64,000 nucleotides of DNA from a virus. The notes below the pieces were generated by a model that saw nothing but the letters and a program-made list of their open reading frames with translations, was not told where the DNA came from and did no database searches. Below are positions 47,847-57,728 of the stretch, one piece after another (the first letter of the stretch is position 1; each line of letters opens with the position of its first letter). The DNA is taken from the IMG/VR virus record IMGVR_UViG_3300016471_000517, positions 53,061 to 117,060 of that record. The stretch is one strand, 5' to 3'. Position numbers and translations under genes: made by a program.

Positions 47847-48889
47847 TCTTCATCCTTTGACAAGGCACTATTATATGCCGAGTTTATGATCTCTGCAAGT
47901 GTATTCTTGTTGACGGACTTCTCATTAATTGTTTCCAGTTCTTCGTGGAGAAGTTGAAGGGTATCTTTATGAATATCAACAGCCACAAGCTGTGGGTTTG
48001 CACTTACTTCTTCTGCAATTTGTAGTTCTGCCACTCCAGCTTCATAAAATTTGTCGATATACTTTTCAAACTGATTTTGCTTAGTTTTGTTTTTGATAAA
48101 AATTTTGACGTATTTGTCTTTGTACTCAGCATAATTTAATTTTTCCGTAGAGTCTTCGTTATAGTCAAGCGTATAGAAAAGCTTTTCTGGATTTTGTACA
48201 AATTCAAGAGTGCGGTTCTTGAAATCAAAGACATGGAAGCCCTTCTCTTCCCACACATCCGAATAAGCCATCTGATATTGCGTACCGAGATAATGGATGT
48301 TATCCCGGCTAGACTTAACATGATAATGCCCAGTAAGAACATACTCAAACTTGTCGAAGTGCTTAGAGTCATATCCCTGCTCCACAAATACTCCACGAAT
48401 GCTTTGAAATCCACACAATTCTAAATGACCAAGAAGAATTGTGGATGTACTTTCTTGTAAAAATTTTGCTGCTTCAGATTCATTCTCTGGATTGATCCAT
48501 GGAAGGAGTGCTACCTTGCCATATTCAAGATCAATTTCTTTTGGCTCGGAGTGAACTGACCAGTTAAAATAATGTCCTGCAAGTTCATCCAAAGAATTTA
48601 CTTTATTTGTATTTCTATAAAATGTATCGTGATTGCCACATATGATGTGGCATCTGATACCATACTCGTTCAGAGGTTCAAAAAATCTTTCACGAACTTG
48701 ATTTAAAGTTTTAAAGTTAATATATTTTCTTCGGTCAAACAAATCTCCAAGATGGAATATGGTTTTAATTTTATTTTCAACCATATATGGAAAAAGTTGT
48801 TTTTCAAAAAAAGAAAGAAAATATTCCATTACAATTGAGGAATCTGCTTTATACCCGAAATGGGTATCATTTATAATAACGGCTTTCAT
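47843..48889 (-). CDS. gp47: recombination nuclease (Mre11/SbcD-like)
   Basis: DTHFG, GDLFDRRK, GNHD, GHYH. Confidence 0.95.
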   Translation of the reverse strand: MKAVIINDTHFGYKADSSIVMEYFLSFFEKQLFPYMVENKIKTIFHLGDLFDRRKYINFKTLNQVRERFFEPLNEYGIRCHIICGNHDTFYRNTNKVNSLDELAGHYFNWSVHSEPKEIDLEYGKVALLPWINPENESEAAKFLQESTSTILLGHLELCGFQSIRGVFVEQGYDSKHFDKFEYVLTGHYHVKSSRDNIHYLGTQYQMAYSDVWEEKGFHVFDFKNRTLEFVQNPEKLFYTLDYNEDSTEKLNYAEYKDKYVKIFIKNKTKQNQFEKYIDKFYEAGVAELQIAEEVSANPQLVAVDIHKDTLQLLHEELETINEKSVNKNTLAEIINSAYNSALSKDEE

Positions 48890-49452
48890 ATGTCAAAAAG
48901 TTCTTTTTTCTTTTTTCTTTTTCTCTTTCCCTTTTTGGGGGCACACATTTCATCAAATCTTTCCATATCCAGATCAGTTAAACCAAAAAAATCTCGTCTG
49001 CCTATATCAACACCAGCATAGGTTTCATTGAACCAGTTTTGAAAGTCTTTGTTGTTTTGTTGCTCTGCAAACTTATACTGAACATACTTTTCTTTTTTTT
49101 CTTTGTTTATAATGCGAACAAAAGAAAACCAGCATATTTGGGTTAGATATCCAAATGGGCTGGTTGACTTTTTAGGATCAAAATTGTCAATATAGGTTAT
49201 GCAGTTTAAAACGGCGTCGGATACCATTTCTTCTCTATACGGATAATTTGCAAAATTAGGTCTATAAGAAAGTCTGCTTGCTATTTTTAAAATACACTCA
49301 CCGATATAATCTGGTAACTTTGGTTTTTTTCTTCCAGAGTTTTCATTTTCTTTTACTTTTTTACTGTATTCAACAAGAGCATCATATAGTTTTTGATTAT
49401 CTACATAATCATCATCTGATGGCTTGTTTTTCTTTTTCTTTGGCTTTTTCAC
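48886..49452 (-). CDS. gp55: late-transcription sigma factor
   Basis: YVDN, YIGECILKIA..LSYRPNF..Y..EMVSD, PFGYLTQI. Confidence 0.95.
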   Translation of the reverse strand: MKKPKKKKNKPSDDDYVDNQKLYDALVEYSKKVKENENSGRKKPKLPDYIGECILKIASRLSYRPNFANYPYREEMVSDAVLNCITYIDNFDPKKSTSPFGYLTQICWFSFVRIINKEKKEKYVQYKFAEQQNNKDFQNWFNETYAGVDIGRRDFFGLTDLDMERFDEMCAPKKGKRKRKKKKELFDI

Positions 49453-49458
49453 AATATT

Positions 49459-49486
49459 ATTATAACTCAGATTTCGACTAAATCAA
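49459..49486 (-). promoter_or_regulatory. sigma70-like promoter TTGATT-N16-TATAAT
   Basis: 6 nt before gp55 GTG. Confidence 0.7.
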
Positions 49487-50471
49487 TTTTTTTATTACTA
49501 AGTTTTGCACTCCAGTAATCAACCATCTCTTCCATCATTTGATTAAATGATATTTTTGGTTTCCAACTTAATTCATTTCTAGCTTTTGATGAATCACCAC
49601 GCAAATAATGCAATTCTTCTGGTCTATAATACTTTTCATCGCTAAAAACGTATTTACTTTGGTCTAAACCAGCATAATTAAAAACATAAGAAACCATTTC
49701 TCTAACAGATCTAGTTTCTCCTGTAGCTATTACATAGCTTTCTGGTTTTTCTTGTTGTAACATTAACCACATGGCTTCAACATAATCTTTAGCGTGACCC
49801 CAGTCACGATAAGAATCCAAATTACCTAATACTAACCTATCAGCCAACCCCATTTTAATCTTTGCAACCTGCAATGCTACTTTATTTGTTACAAAGTTAA
49901 TTCCTCTTCTTGGAGATTCATGATTAAATAAAATTCCAGAACAAGCAAAAACACCATATGCTTGACTATAATTTCTGCATAGAGTGTGGGCGTATAATTT
50001 AGCACATCCATAAGGGCTTACGGGAATCATTGGAGTTGTTTCGCGCTGGTAACCATCCAAATCTTTTGAATTTCCAAACATTTCAGATGTTGCTGCGTGA
50101 TAAATTTTTGAATGTGGTGAAAATCTTCTCACAGCTTCTAATACTGCTAAAGTTCCACCACCATTTACATCCAAAGTATATTGTGGTAGTTCAAATGAAA
50201 TTTGAACATGAGATTGTGCTGCAAGATGATAAATTTCATCTGGCTGAATCTTTTGAATTGTACTTTCTATACTCAGTGCATCTGTTAAATCTGCATAGTG
50301 TAAGGTAATTAATTTTTTATCATGAAGATGTTGAATTCTAGTTGTTTGAGACTCTGGTACAGAATTTCTTCTTATAGTTCCGTGAACTTCATAATTTTTA
50401 GTAATCAAAAGTTCTGCAAGGTAAGAAGCATCTTGACCATTTGCACCAATTATTAATGCTTTCTTTTTCAT
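49467..50471 (-). CDS. gmd: GDP-mannose 4,6-dehydratase
   Basis: GQDASYLAE, LAAQSHV, SPYGCAK, NHESPRRG.NFVT, RDWGHAKDYV. Confidence 0.95.
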   Translation of the reverse strand: MKKKALIIGANGQDASYLAELLITKNYEVHGTIRRNSVPESQTTRIQHLHDKKLITLHYADLTDALSIESTIQKIQPDEIYHLAAQSHVQISFELPQYTLDVNGGGTLAVLEAVRRFSPHSKIYHAATSEMFGNSKDLDGYQRETTPMIPVSPYGCAKLYAHTLCRNYSQAYGVFACSGILFNHESPRRGINFVTNKVALQVAKIKMGLADRLVLGNLDSYRDWGHAKDYVEAMWLMLQQEKPESYVIATGETRSVREMVSYVFNYAGLDQSKYVFSDEKYYRPEELHYLRGDSSKARNELSWKPKISFNQMMEEMVDYWSAKLSNKKIDLVEI

Positions 50472-51235
50472 ATTAATTTTTTTGCTGTTTGATTTATACC
50501 TTCAAAAAGTCCTATTTCATTTATTGACAATCCATGGTGTGTACCACAATAATGTTCAAATTTGTTTGAATCTTCCACTATTATTGGAACTTTGTAATCA
50601 GATAATGTATTAATGTAGTTTGCTATATCCATCAAAGTATGTTTTTCTTTATATGAACAATCTACCGTTTTTGGTAAATTACTATTTTGAATATAATATT
50701 CAACTAATGAAATTAAATCTTTCATATAAAAAAAATCCATTTGTTTGTTATTATGAATAATAATTGGTTCTTTTTTAATATAATGAAGTAAATTAGCTTT
50801 AATAAATCTAGTATTTAATTCATTTTCATCAAATACCGCAAAAATTTTAAGGTTGTACCAATTTAATGTTTGGTTAATTGAATTTGCAATCACTTTTTTG
50901 CTCAATCCATATGGTGTATTGGGATTAAAAATTTCTGCACCAGATCCAAACGAAATAAATTTATCAAATTTGTCGCTGTTTGCTAACAAATTGTAGTGCA
51001 TTCGTAAGTTTATTTCTAAAACATCCGAATTATCTTCTTTAAGTCTACTACCACCCGTAATTGCTGTATGAATAACTACATCAAATTTTTTATTGCTAAA
51101 CCACTCAATTGTTTGTTTTAAATCGGTGATATCAAAATTATTACGGGCAATAGCAGTAATAGAGTATTTTTTATTCAATCCTGATATAAGACTTTTTCCA
51201 ATATAACCATTAGCACCCGTGACACAAATTTTCAT
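50468..51235 (-). CDS. NAD-dependent epimerase/reductase (extended SDR)
   Basis: TGANGYIG, SGAE, YGLSK. Confidence 0.85.
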   Translation of the reverse strand: MKICVTGANGYIGKSLISGLNKKYSITAIARNNFDITDLKQTIEWFSNKKFDVVIHTAITGGSRLKEDNSDVLEINLRMHYNLLANSDKFDKFISFGSGAEIFNPNTPYGLSKKVIANSINQTLNWYNLKIFAVFDENELNTRFIKANLLHYIKKEPIIIHNNKQMDFFYMKDLISLVEYYIQNSNLPKTVDCSYKEKHTLMDIANYINTLSDYKVPIIVEDSNKFEHYCGTHHGLSINEIGLFEGINQTAKKLI

Positions 51236-51249
51236 ATTTAAATTTTTAT

Positions 51250-52188
51250 TTATCTTTTGATGTCTGATGGATTTGCTGTTATTGGAGTAACACAATGATT
51301 TGGTTTTGCATGGTTTTCAACACGGTCTTGTTCATACTTCCATTTGTCATCCCCTAATAGTTTTTCAAGTTCTTCCTCTTTAATTTCATAAAAATTTTCT
51401 GGTCCGGGAAATACACCAGAACGAACCTCTTCCGCATATTGAGTCAAAGCCTCTTGTATAATTTTTCCTGCTTCACAATAACGCTTTACAAATTTTGATT
51501 TAAATTCCCAAAAAAGACCTGTAAGATCGTGAAAAATTACCAATTGACCATCAACTTCATTTCCTCCACCAATTCCATAAACAGGAATTTTTAATTCTCG
51601 GGCAATCATAGCAGCAGGTTCTTTTGGCATTGCTTCAAGAAGCAGAGCAGAACATCCAGCATCTTGAAGTTTTAAAGCCTGATTTAAAATAACTTCTGCT
51701 TGGTCTGCTGTTTTTCCTTGTACCCTATAACCACCCAATTTTGCTCTTGTGTGGGGAGTCAGACCAAGATGACTCATTACCATGATTCCAGAGTCAACAA
51801 TTGCTTTGACTCTTTCAATCATTGCTCCCTCTACTTTTACCATATCACAACCAGCAACAATAAATCGTCCAGCATTTTCAATAGCCACTTGATTTGATGG
51901 TTGATATGACATATATGGCATATCTCCAATCAAAAATGCATTTTGAGTTCCCTTACTTACGGCTTCACAACTTCTAATCATGTCATCCATTGTTACTGGA
52001 ATTGTTGTTTTATAGCCAAGAGTTGTCATTCCCAAAGAATCGCCTATGAGAATGCAATCTACTCCAGCTCTATCAGCAAGCGTTGCTTGAGGATAATCAT
52101 ACGCAGTAACTAATACTGTTTTGATTCCTTTTGTTTTATTTGTCGTTAAAGTTAAAATTGTTTTTTTTGTTTTACTGTCTGCTGGCAT
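51250..52188 (-). CDS. panB: ketopantoate hydroxymethyltransferase homologue
   Basis: TAYD, GDSLGM, DMPYMSY, VKVEG, HLGLTP, LLEA. Confidence 0.92.
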   Translation of the reverse strand: MPADSKTKKTILTLTTNKTKGIKTVLVTAYDYPQATLADRAGVDCILIGDSLGMTTLGYKTTIPVTMDDMIRSCEAVSKGTQNAFLIGDMPYMSYQPSNQVAIENAGRFIVAGCDMVKVEGAMIERVKAIVDSGIMVMSHLGLTPHTRAKLGGYRVQGKTADQAEVILNQALKLQDAGCSALLLEAMPKEPAAMIARELKIPVYGIGGGNEVDGQLVIFHDLTGLFWEFKSKFVKRYCEAGKIIQEALTQYAEEVRSGVFPGPENFYEIKEEELEKLLGDDKWKYEQDRVENHAKPNHCVTPITANPSDIKR

Positions 52189-52199
52189 ATTTAATCTCC

Positions 52200-53972
52200 T
52201 TAAATTGGTTTTATAATCATTTCTTTTAAAAATTCTTCCTCATTTAAAAAAGGACTCATATTTTCTAAAGGCTGTGATACAAGTTTTCCCTCAAAATTTA
52301 TTTTTGCTGATGATGATGGTGACATATCTTGTTTGAAAGGACATATTACTTCAGTCAGAGAATAACCGTCAACATTTAATATGTCAAGCAATTTTTTATC
52401 AATATCTTCTCCAGTTTCTAATTTATGATATGGTATATCATATGCGTTTGCAATTTTTAAAATTTTTGGAAAAGAAAGACCAGAATTTTTATCAGTCCCG
52501 AAGTAACGACTTTCAAAAAATTTGTCCATAGTGTTTCTAATTGACAGATAACCACCATTATTTAAGACAAAAATTTTGATTGGTAAATTGTAATTGACAA
52601 TTGTTTGCAATTCCTGTAAATTCATTTGAAAGGAGCCATCGCCTGTAATAGCAATTACTTTCTTTTTCACATCAGATGCGATTGCAACCCCTATAGCCGC
52701 TGGAATAGAAAATCCCATATCTGCTTGTGCCCCTGATGTGATATATCTTTGTTGTTTTTTTATTTTTAAACCCTGCGAAGTAGCATAATAAGCAGAACCA
52801 GCATCACTTATAACTATACTGTCTGAACTCATTTTCTTTGAAAGTTCTTCTATAAAATAGTAAATGTTTATCCCATTTGTGGTATCTTTATATTTTTCAG
52901 TAAATACTGGCCATTTATTTCTCCATCCAATGCATTTTTCAATCCAATCTTGATTTGTTTTGTACTCAATATTTTTTGTTTGTTCAAAAAAAACTTTGAT
53001 ATCAGTATTGATTTCAGCATCAACTCGTATAGTTTTCTTTTTATGTTCGTGTTGATCAATGTCTACAACTAACACTTTTGCATCTCTCGCAAAAGTTTCA
53101 TATCTAAACCCTGTGACAGAAACACTCAAACTACTTCCTAGCGATATTATCAAATCGCTATTTTGAACAGCAAAATTTCCTGCTCTGTCTCCTTTGGTGC
53201 CTAATCTACCAACATACAAAGGATGATCTGATGGAAGAAAATCGATCCCTAAGTAAGTAAATGTCACAGGAATATTGTATTTTTCAATAAATTCTACAAA
53301 CTGTTTTTTGGCATCTCCTAGTTGAATTCCATAACCAGCAATTACAATAGGTCGTTTTGCATTTTTAATGTAAGTTTCAAAAATAGAGCAATCTACGTTT
53401 ACAAACGATTCTTCGGGGGTAAAATGAATAAGTTCGGATTCATTTATTAAACTACCCTGTATATCCATAGGAACATCAATCCAAACTGGCCCCGGTCTGC
53501 CAGACTCACAAAGATAAAATGCTTTTTCTAAATGATAAGCAATTGTATTTGGTTCAGTAATCATTACTGAATATTTTGTAATCGGTTTGACTATATCAAC
53601 TATGTTTGCTTCTTGTACTCCAAATTTTCTCAAAGGAACTGAAAATCCGTGGGTTGTTTCTTTTTTATTAACATTTCCTGATATAAAAACTACCTTATTG
53701 CTATCTTGCCAAGCATCAAGAACTCCAGTAATTGTATTAGTTCCCCCACAACCTGTAGTGGGCATTACTACTGAAATTTCATTAGTGTATTTTGAATATC
53801 CCACAGCTCCCATAGCAGAAGCTTGTTCGTGGTGATTAAAGATACCTTTTATAATTTTACTTTTTGCAATACCATCATTAAGGAACATTGCACCACCACC
53901 AGTAACCATGAACACGTGACGTATTCCTTTTTTTTCTAAAAATTTAGCAATGTAATCTGCAACTTTTACCAT
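52200..53972 (-). CDS. ThDP-dependent acetolactate-synthase-like enzyme (YerE-like)
   Basis: HHEQ, SGRPGPVWIDVP.D, GDGSFQMNLQEL..NNGGY. Confidence 0.9.
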   Translation of the reverse strand: MVKVADYIAKFLEKKGIRHVFMVTGGGAMFLNDGIAKSKIIKGIFNHHEQASAMGAVGYSKYTNEISVVMPTTGCGGTNTITGVLDAWQDSNKVVFISGNVNKKETTHGFSVPLRKFGVQEANIVDIVKPITKYSVMITEPNTIAYHLEKAFYLCESGRPGPVWIDVPMDIQGSLINESELIHFTPEESFVNVDCSIFETYIKNAKRPIVIAGYGIQLGDAKKQFVEFIEKYNIPVTFTYLGIDFLPSDHPLYVGRLGTKGDRAGNFAVQNSDLIISLGSSLSVSVTGFRYETFARDAKVLVVDIDQHEHKKKTIRVDAEINTDIKVFFEQTKNIEYKTNQDWIEKCIGWRNKWPVFTEKYKDTTNGINIYYFIEELSKKMSSDSIVISDAGSAYYATSQGLKIKKQQRYITSGAQADMGFSIPAAIGVAIASDVKKKVIAITGDGSFQMNLQELQTIVNYNLPIKIFVLNNGGYLSIRNTMDKFFESRYFGTDKNSGLSFPKILKIANAYDIPYHKLETGEDIDKKLLDILNVDGYSLTEVICPFKQDMSPSSSAKINFEGKLVSQPLENMSPFLNEEEFLKEMIIKPI

Positions 53973-54922
53973 ATAAATTTTTTCCTGTAATACTCAATGA
54001 CTAATGGTAACTCATTGTCAAAGTTTTTAATGGGTTTCCAACCAAGAGAACGAAGTTTACTATCGTCAAGTGAATAACGCAAATCTTGTCCTAAACGCGA
54101 ATAAGAAAAATCAATATATTTCTCAATGTTGTAGTCGTTAGTTTTCAATAGAGAAGTTAATATTTTTTTAATAGTTTCTATATTAGACTGTTCAAATCCA
54201 CCAGAAATATTATAAATCTCATTGCTTACTTGTGACTCTATAAGAGCAATTACTGCGCGGGCAGTATCTTCTGCGTGCAACCAGGTTCTAATAGGAGTTC
54301 CATCGTTGTGTACTGGTATTTTTCTACCCAAATGTATGTGCTTGCATGCTTTTGGTATTAATTTTTCAACATATTGGCCAATTCCATAATTATTAGTTGG
54401 TCTAACAATCAAGTATGGGACATTGTATGTTCTTCCCCATGCCATAATCATCATATCTGCAGCCGCTTTTGTTGCTGAATATGGATTTGATGGTTTAAGT
54501 AAATCAGTTTCTACATGTGCTCCGTTAATTATATCTCCATAAACTTCATCTGTGCTAAAGTGAAGTAATGTTGGAACCTTTGAAGTTTCTTGTCTATAGT
54601 TTTTTATTAGATTTAGTATGTTGTGAACTCCATTGACATTTGTTTTAACAAACTCATCACTATTGGCAATAGAGTTTCCTACATGTGTTTCTGCTGCCGT
54701 GTTAATAATATAATCACAATCATACAAAAACTTCAAGTCATTAATATCGCATTTGACAAAAGAAAAATTATTATATTGATTAAAGTTATTCAATAAGTCT
54801 TCATTAGCAGCATACGTTATGCTGTCAACACCTTTAACATACCAACCTTTTTCAAGGCACAAACGAGTAACATATGAACCTATAAATCCTAAACAACCTG
54901 TTACATAAACTATTTTTTTCAT
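53966..54922 (-). CDS. rfbB: dTDP-glucose 4,6-dehydratase-like
   Basis: TGCLGFIG, AAETHV, STDEVYG, PYSATKA, NNYG. Confidence 0.85.
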   Translation of the reverse strand: MKKIVYVTGCLGFIGSYVTRLCLEKGWYVKGVDSITYAANEDLLNNFNQYNNFSFVKCDINDLKFLYDCDYIINTAAETHVGNSIANSDEFVKTNVNGVHNILNLIKNYRQETSKVPTLLHFSTDEVYGDIINGAHVETDLLKPSNPYSATKAAADMMIMAWGRTYNVPYLIVRPTNNYGIGQYVEKLIPKACKHIHLGRKIPVHNDGTPIRTWLHAEDTARAVIALIESQVSNEIYNISGGFEQSNIETIKKILTSLLKTNDYNIEKYIDFSYSRLGQDLRYSLDDSKLRSLGWKPIKNFDNELPLVIEYYRKKFIW

Positions 54923-55725
54923 AAAATTTCTACCGATTCCAATAATGGATTTAAAGATCTAGCAAAATAATTTACATTTGATGGAGCACAACAAAATAAA
55001 AAATTTACTCTTGATAATAAATGTGATTCAATTATAACATCTTCTGCAATTTTATATTGGTATTCAAATGATGGATTTCTTGTCCATCTTTGTTCATACC
55101 AAGGCATGTGTAATGGAGTATCATCTCTATTACTTCTTAAAGAATCATATGAAATCAATTTTGCACCATAATATTTTTTAGCTGCTTCATATCTTTCATT
55201 TGAATCCGTGCAAACAAATATATAATCATAATCATTTATAACTTGGTCAATAATTTTAAAATAGTCATCCATATTTTTTTTATAAGGATGATCGGTTCCT
55301 CTAAAATGTGCGCCTACTATTTTTTTGTTATTAAAATTTAAATTAACAAAATTATTAATTTTTTCTTCAACGTGTGGTTTTAGTTTAATATAATTGTTAA
55401 TAATATTATTAAAATTAAGTCTTCTTTTTGATATCTCGTCTGGTGTATTTGGAACAGTATTAATCCAAATAAATTCACTATCTTGCTCTGAAATTAATCC
55501 TACAACTTTTTCAATTTCATTTGATTGTGGAAATGTGTTTACATGTGGTTGTTCAAAAAAATAATCCCAAACATTATCACCTTTTTTAGTATTATAAATG
55601 CTATCAGTAAAATCAATATAATAAAGCATATTTGGATTATGATATATAGCACGTATTACTTGCCATATACAACCACCCATTCCACAATACTGTTCTGGTT
55701 TTATTAGTATGTATTTTTTATTCAT
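54919..55725 (-). CDS. NodZ/O-fucosyltransferase-like glycosyltransferase
   Basis: GAHFRGTD, IFVCTD, LLSRVN..SNV. Confidence 0.7.
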   Translation of the reverse strand: MNKKYILIKPEQYCGMGGCIWQVIRAIYHNPNMLYYIDFTDSIYNTKKGDNVWDYFFEQPHVNTFPQSNEIEKVVGLISEQDSEFIWINTVPNTPDEISKRRLNFNNIINNYIKLKPHVEEKINNFVNLNFNNKKIVGAHFRGTDHPYKKNMDDYFKIIDQVINDYDYIFVCTDSNERYEAAKKYYGAKLISYDSLRSNRDDTPLHMPWYEQRWTRNPSFEYQYKIAEDVIIESHLLSRVNFLFCCAPSNVNYFARSLNPLLESVEIL

Positions 55726-56399
55726 ATTTCAATTGTATCCAATAATTTACATTTTTCTTGAAATTGTTGATAAAAACCATCATGAACTGTAACGCTCTCT
55801 GGGTTTCCTTTGCCATGAAAACCAAAACAATTATTTAAATTGTATTCACACTCTGGTATTCTTGATTCTAATGAAAATTTCATAGCAATTTCTACTGGTG
55901 CGTATTTACATCCATTTTGTATAAAATAATCATAATACATGTTAGTTTGTTCACCATCATCACAAAATCCTAAAAAAGATATATTTTTTATAAGATTTAA
56001 AAATTTTTTACTTCTTAAAACAAATCCACCATTTCCAACTCTATTTTTTCTTCCTTCCCATTTCCATGGAGCTCCAATGTAATCATATTCAAAAAATATA
56101 TTGTCCCAAAGATGTGGATTTATTACAAATCCATCATCATGTATACCCAAACAATAATCAGTTTCTATTAAGTATGGCAAATCTGTATATGTAAATTTAG
56201 AACTGTCTTTATGAGTTGTGTATTCTGTTTTTACAAATTCAATATTTGATGGTATTTTTTCTGGTTTTGTGTTGCTTATTAAAATTATTTTTGCAAAATC
56301 TATATCTTTAGAACTATAAAGTAAAGCTTTAATACTATTAATTGGATTAACACAATTGTATGAATATAGTGTAACGTTTTTTAATTGAAGTTTATTCAT
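55722..56399 (-). CDS. DUF5672-like putative glycosyltransferase
   Basis: HDDGFV, YDYIGAPW, VGNGGF.LRS, FGFH. Confidence 0.8.
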   Translation of the reverse strand: MNKLQLKNVTLYSYNCVNPINSIKALLYSSKDIDFAKIILISNTKPEKIPSNIEFVKTEYTTHKDSSKFTYTDLPYLIETDYCLGIHDDGFVINPHLWDNIFFEYDYIGAPWKWEGRKNRVGNGGFVLRSKKFLNLIKNISFLGFCDDGEQTNMYYDYFIQNGCKYAPVEIAMKFSLESRIPECEYNLNNCFGFHGKGNPESVTVHDGFYQQFQEKCKLLDTIEI

Positions 56400-57091
56400 A
56401 AAAATGAATTATAATGTTTTTTAAGAATTTCAATTCTTTCTTTATTTCCTATTCCTGTTACATGAACTAAAAATGATTCTCTATTCCACGGATAAGGTGG
56501 ATCGGGTCTTCTTCCCCAAACATTTGTTGTATATTGATCTATACTAGGAACAGATCCTAAAAATTTATGTTCTAAAATTTTTATGTAATTTAATTCTGGG
56601 TTTTTAAAAGCAATATAATTTAAAGTAGTTTGTTCTTCTTCAAAATGTTTTGAAATTTTATAATAATAATTTAAAAACTCTATTGTTTTATCTGTATTTT
56701 GAATTATAAAATTTCCACCACTTAATGTAAATTTTCCAGTCCAATCATATGATGCATAAAAAACATGATTATCGGGAATTAAAAAATCTTCAATTTTATA
56801 ATCAGTATTTGTTACCAAAGAATCTGCATCGATCCACATTACACAATCATAACTTTCTAGCATTTCAAATGTTCTAAGAGCTCTTAAAAATCCTATATCA
56901 CTTGGTTTATATCTGTTTTGTTTATCAATACCAAAAGATCTCATTGCTAAAAAATCATAACCATGTTTTTGAGCATATTTTTTTTTAGATGGAAGTGTTA
57001 AATCAAAAACTTCTTCCATAGTATTATCTGTGGAATCAGGATTTCTTCCAAAATCAGTAGTGCCAGTTATTATTAATGTTCGTTTAGACAT
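56396..57091 (-). CDS. GT34/MNN10-like glycosyltransferase
   Basis: YAQKHGY, WIDAD, EQTTL, FLVH. Confidence 0.7.
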   Translation of the reverse strand: MSKRTLIITGTTDFGRNPDSTDNTMEEVFDLTLPSKKKYAQKHGYDFLAMRSFGIDKQNRYKPSDIGFLRALRTFEMLESYDCVMWIDADSLVTNTDYKIEDFLIPDNHVFYASYDWTGKFTLSGGNFIIQNTDKTIEFLNYYYKISKHFEEEQTTLNYIAFKNPELNYIKILEHKFLGSVPSIDQYTTNVWGRRPDPPYPWNRESFLVHVTGIGNKERIEILKKHYNSFL

Positions 57092-57093
57092 AT

Positions 57094-57720
57094 TTACTTT
57101 TTAAATATAAAAATTCCACAACCATTCCACCAACCATTTGAGTCTTCATTTCCATAAAACCCAACATGCATTTCTATTTTTAGATTTAAATCTCTGATTG
57201 CATTAAATGTACCAATCTGTACTTTGGGCCAGCACCAATCATCAACCATAAAAATAAAAGAATCGGCCATGGCTGGATAATAATATTGAAGTGCTAGATA
57301 GTGATCTTTTTCTTCGTGATCACCGTCATAAAAATAAACATCAATATTCCTAAGACCTTTTTTTTCTAAGTTAATTTTAAAACAATCTTCATCTATTAAA
57401 TTTGGTTCAGATCCAATATAATTTTTCCAATTATTTATAAATTCTTGCTTTGGTGATCCAAATTGAGAAAAGTTATCAACCACCCAATAATTTAATTTTT
57501 GTGTATTATTTTTTAAAGCTGCTATTGAAGTTGATCCGTGCCATACACCTATTTCCAAATAATTTTTTACTATTGGTTGTTCTAGTAATTTATTTGCAAA
57601 TAATTTATACTCTTTTCCTGAAAATCCTTTTATAGCAAAAATATCTTCCGTTATATTTTTATTTTCATATGATTTTATTGCTTCGCCTACTGCATTTTTT
57701 AAATTTTCTACTCTAGACAT
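57094..57720 (-). CDS. class I SAM-dependent methyltransferase
   Basis: YLEIGVWHGS, YFYDGDH, VDDW. Confidence 0.85.
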   Translation of the reverse strand: MSRVENLKNAVGEAIKSYENKNITEDIFAIKGFSGKEYKLFANKLLEQPIVKNYLEIGVWHGSTSIAALKNNTQKLNYWVVDNFSQFGSPKQEFINNWKNYIGSEPNLIDEDCFKINLEKKGLRNIDVYFYDGDHEEKDHYLALQYYYPAMADSFIFMVDDWCWPKVQIGTFNAIRDLNLKIEMHVGFYGNEDSNGWWNGCGIFIFKK

Positions 57721-57728
57721 ATTTTTCC

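Noticed and set aside
51250-53972. panB plus ilvB-like genes as pantothenate/branched-chain amino acid auxiliary metabolic genes
   Set aside because: No panC/D/E, ilvC/D or regulatory subunit in the window, and both genes are embedded in an NDP-sugar operon. Disfavoured rather than excluded.
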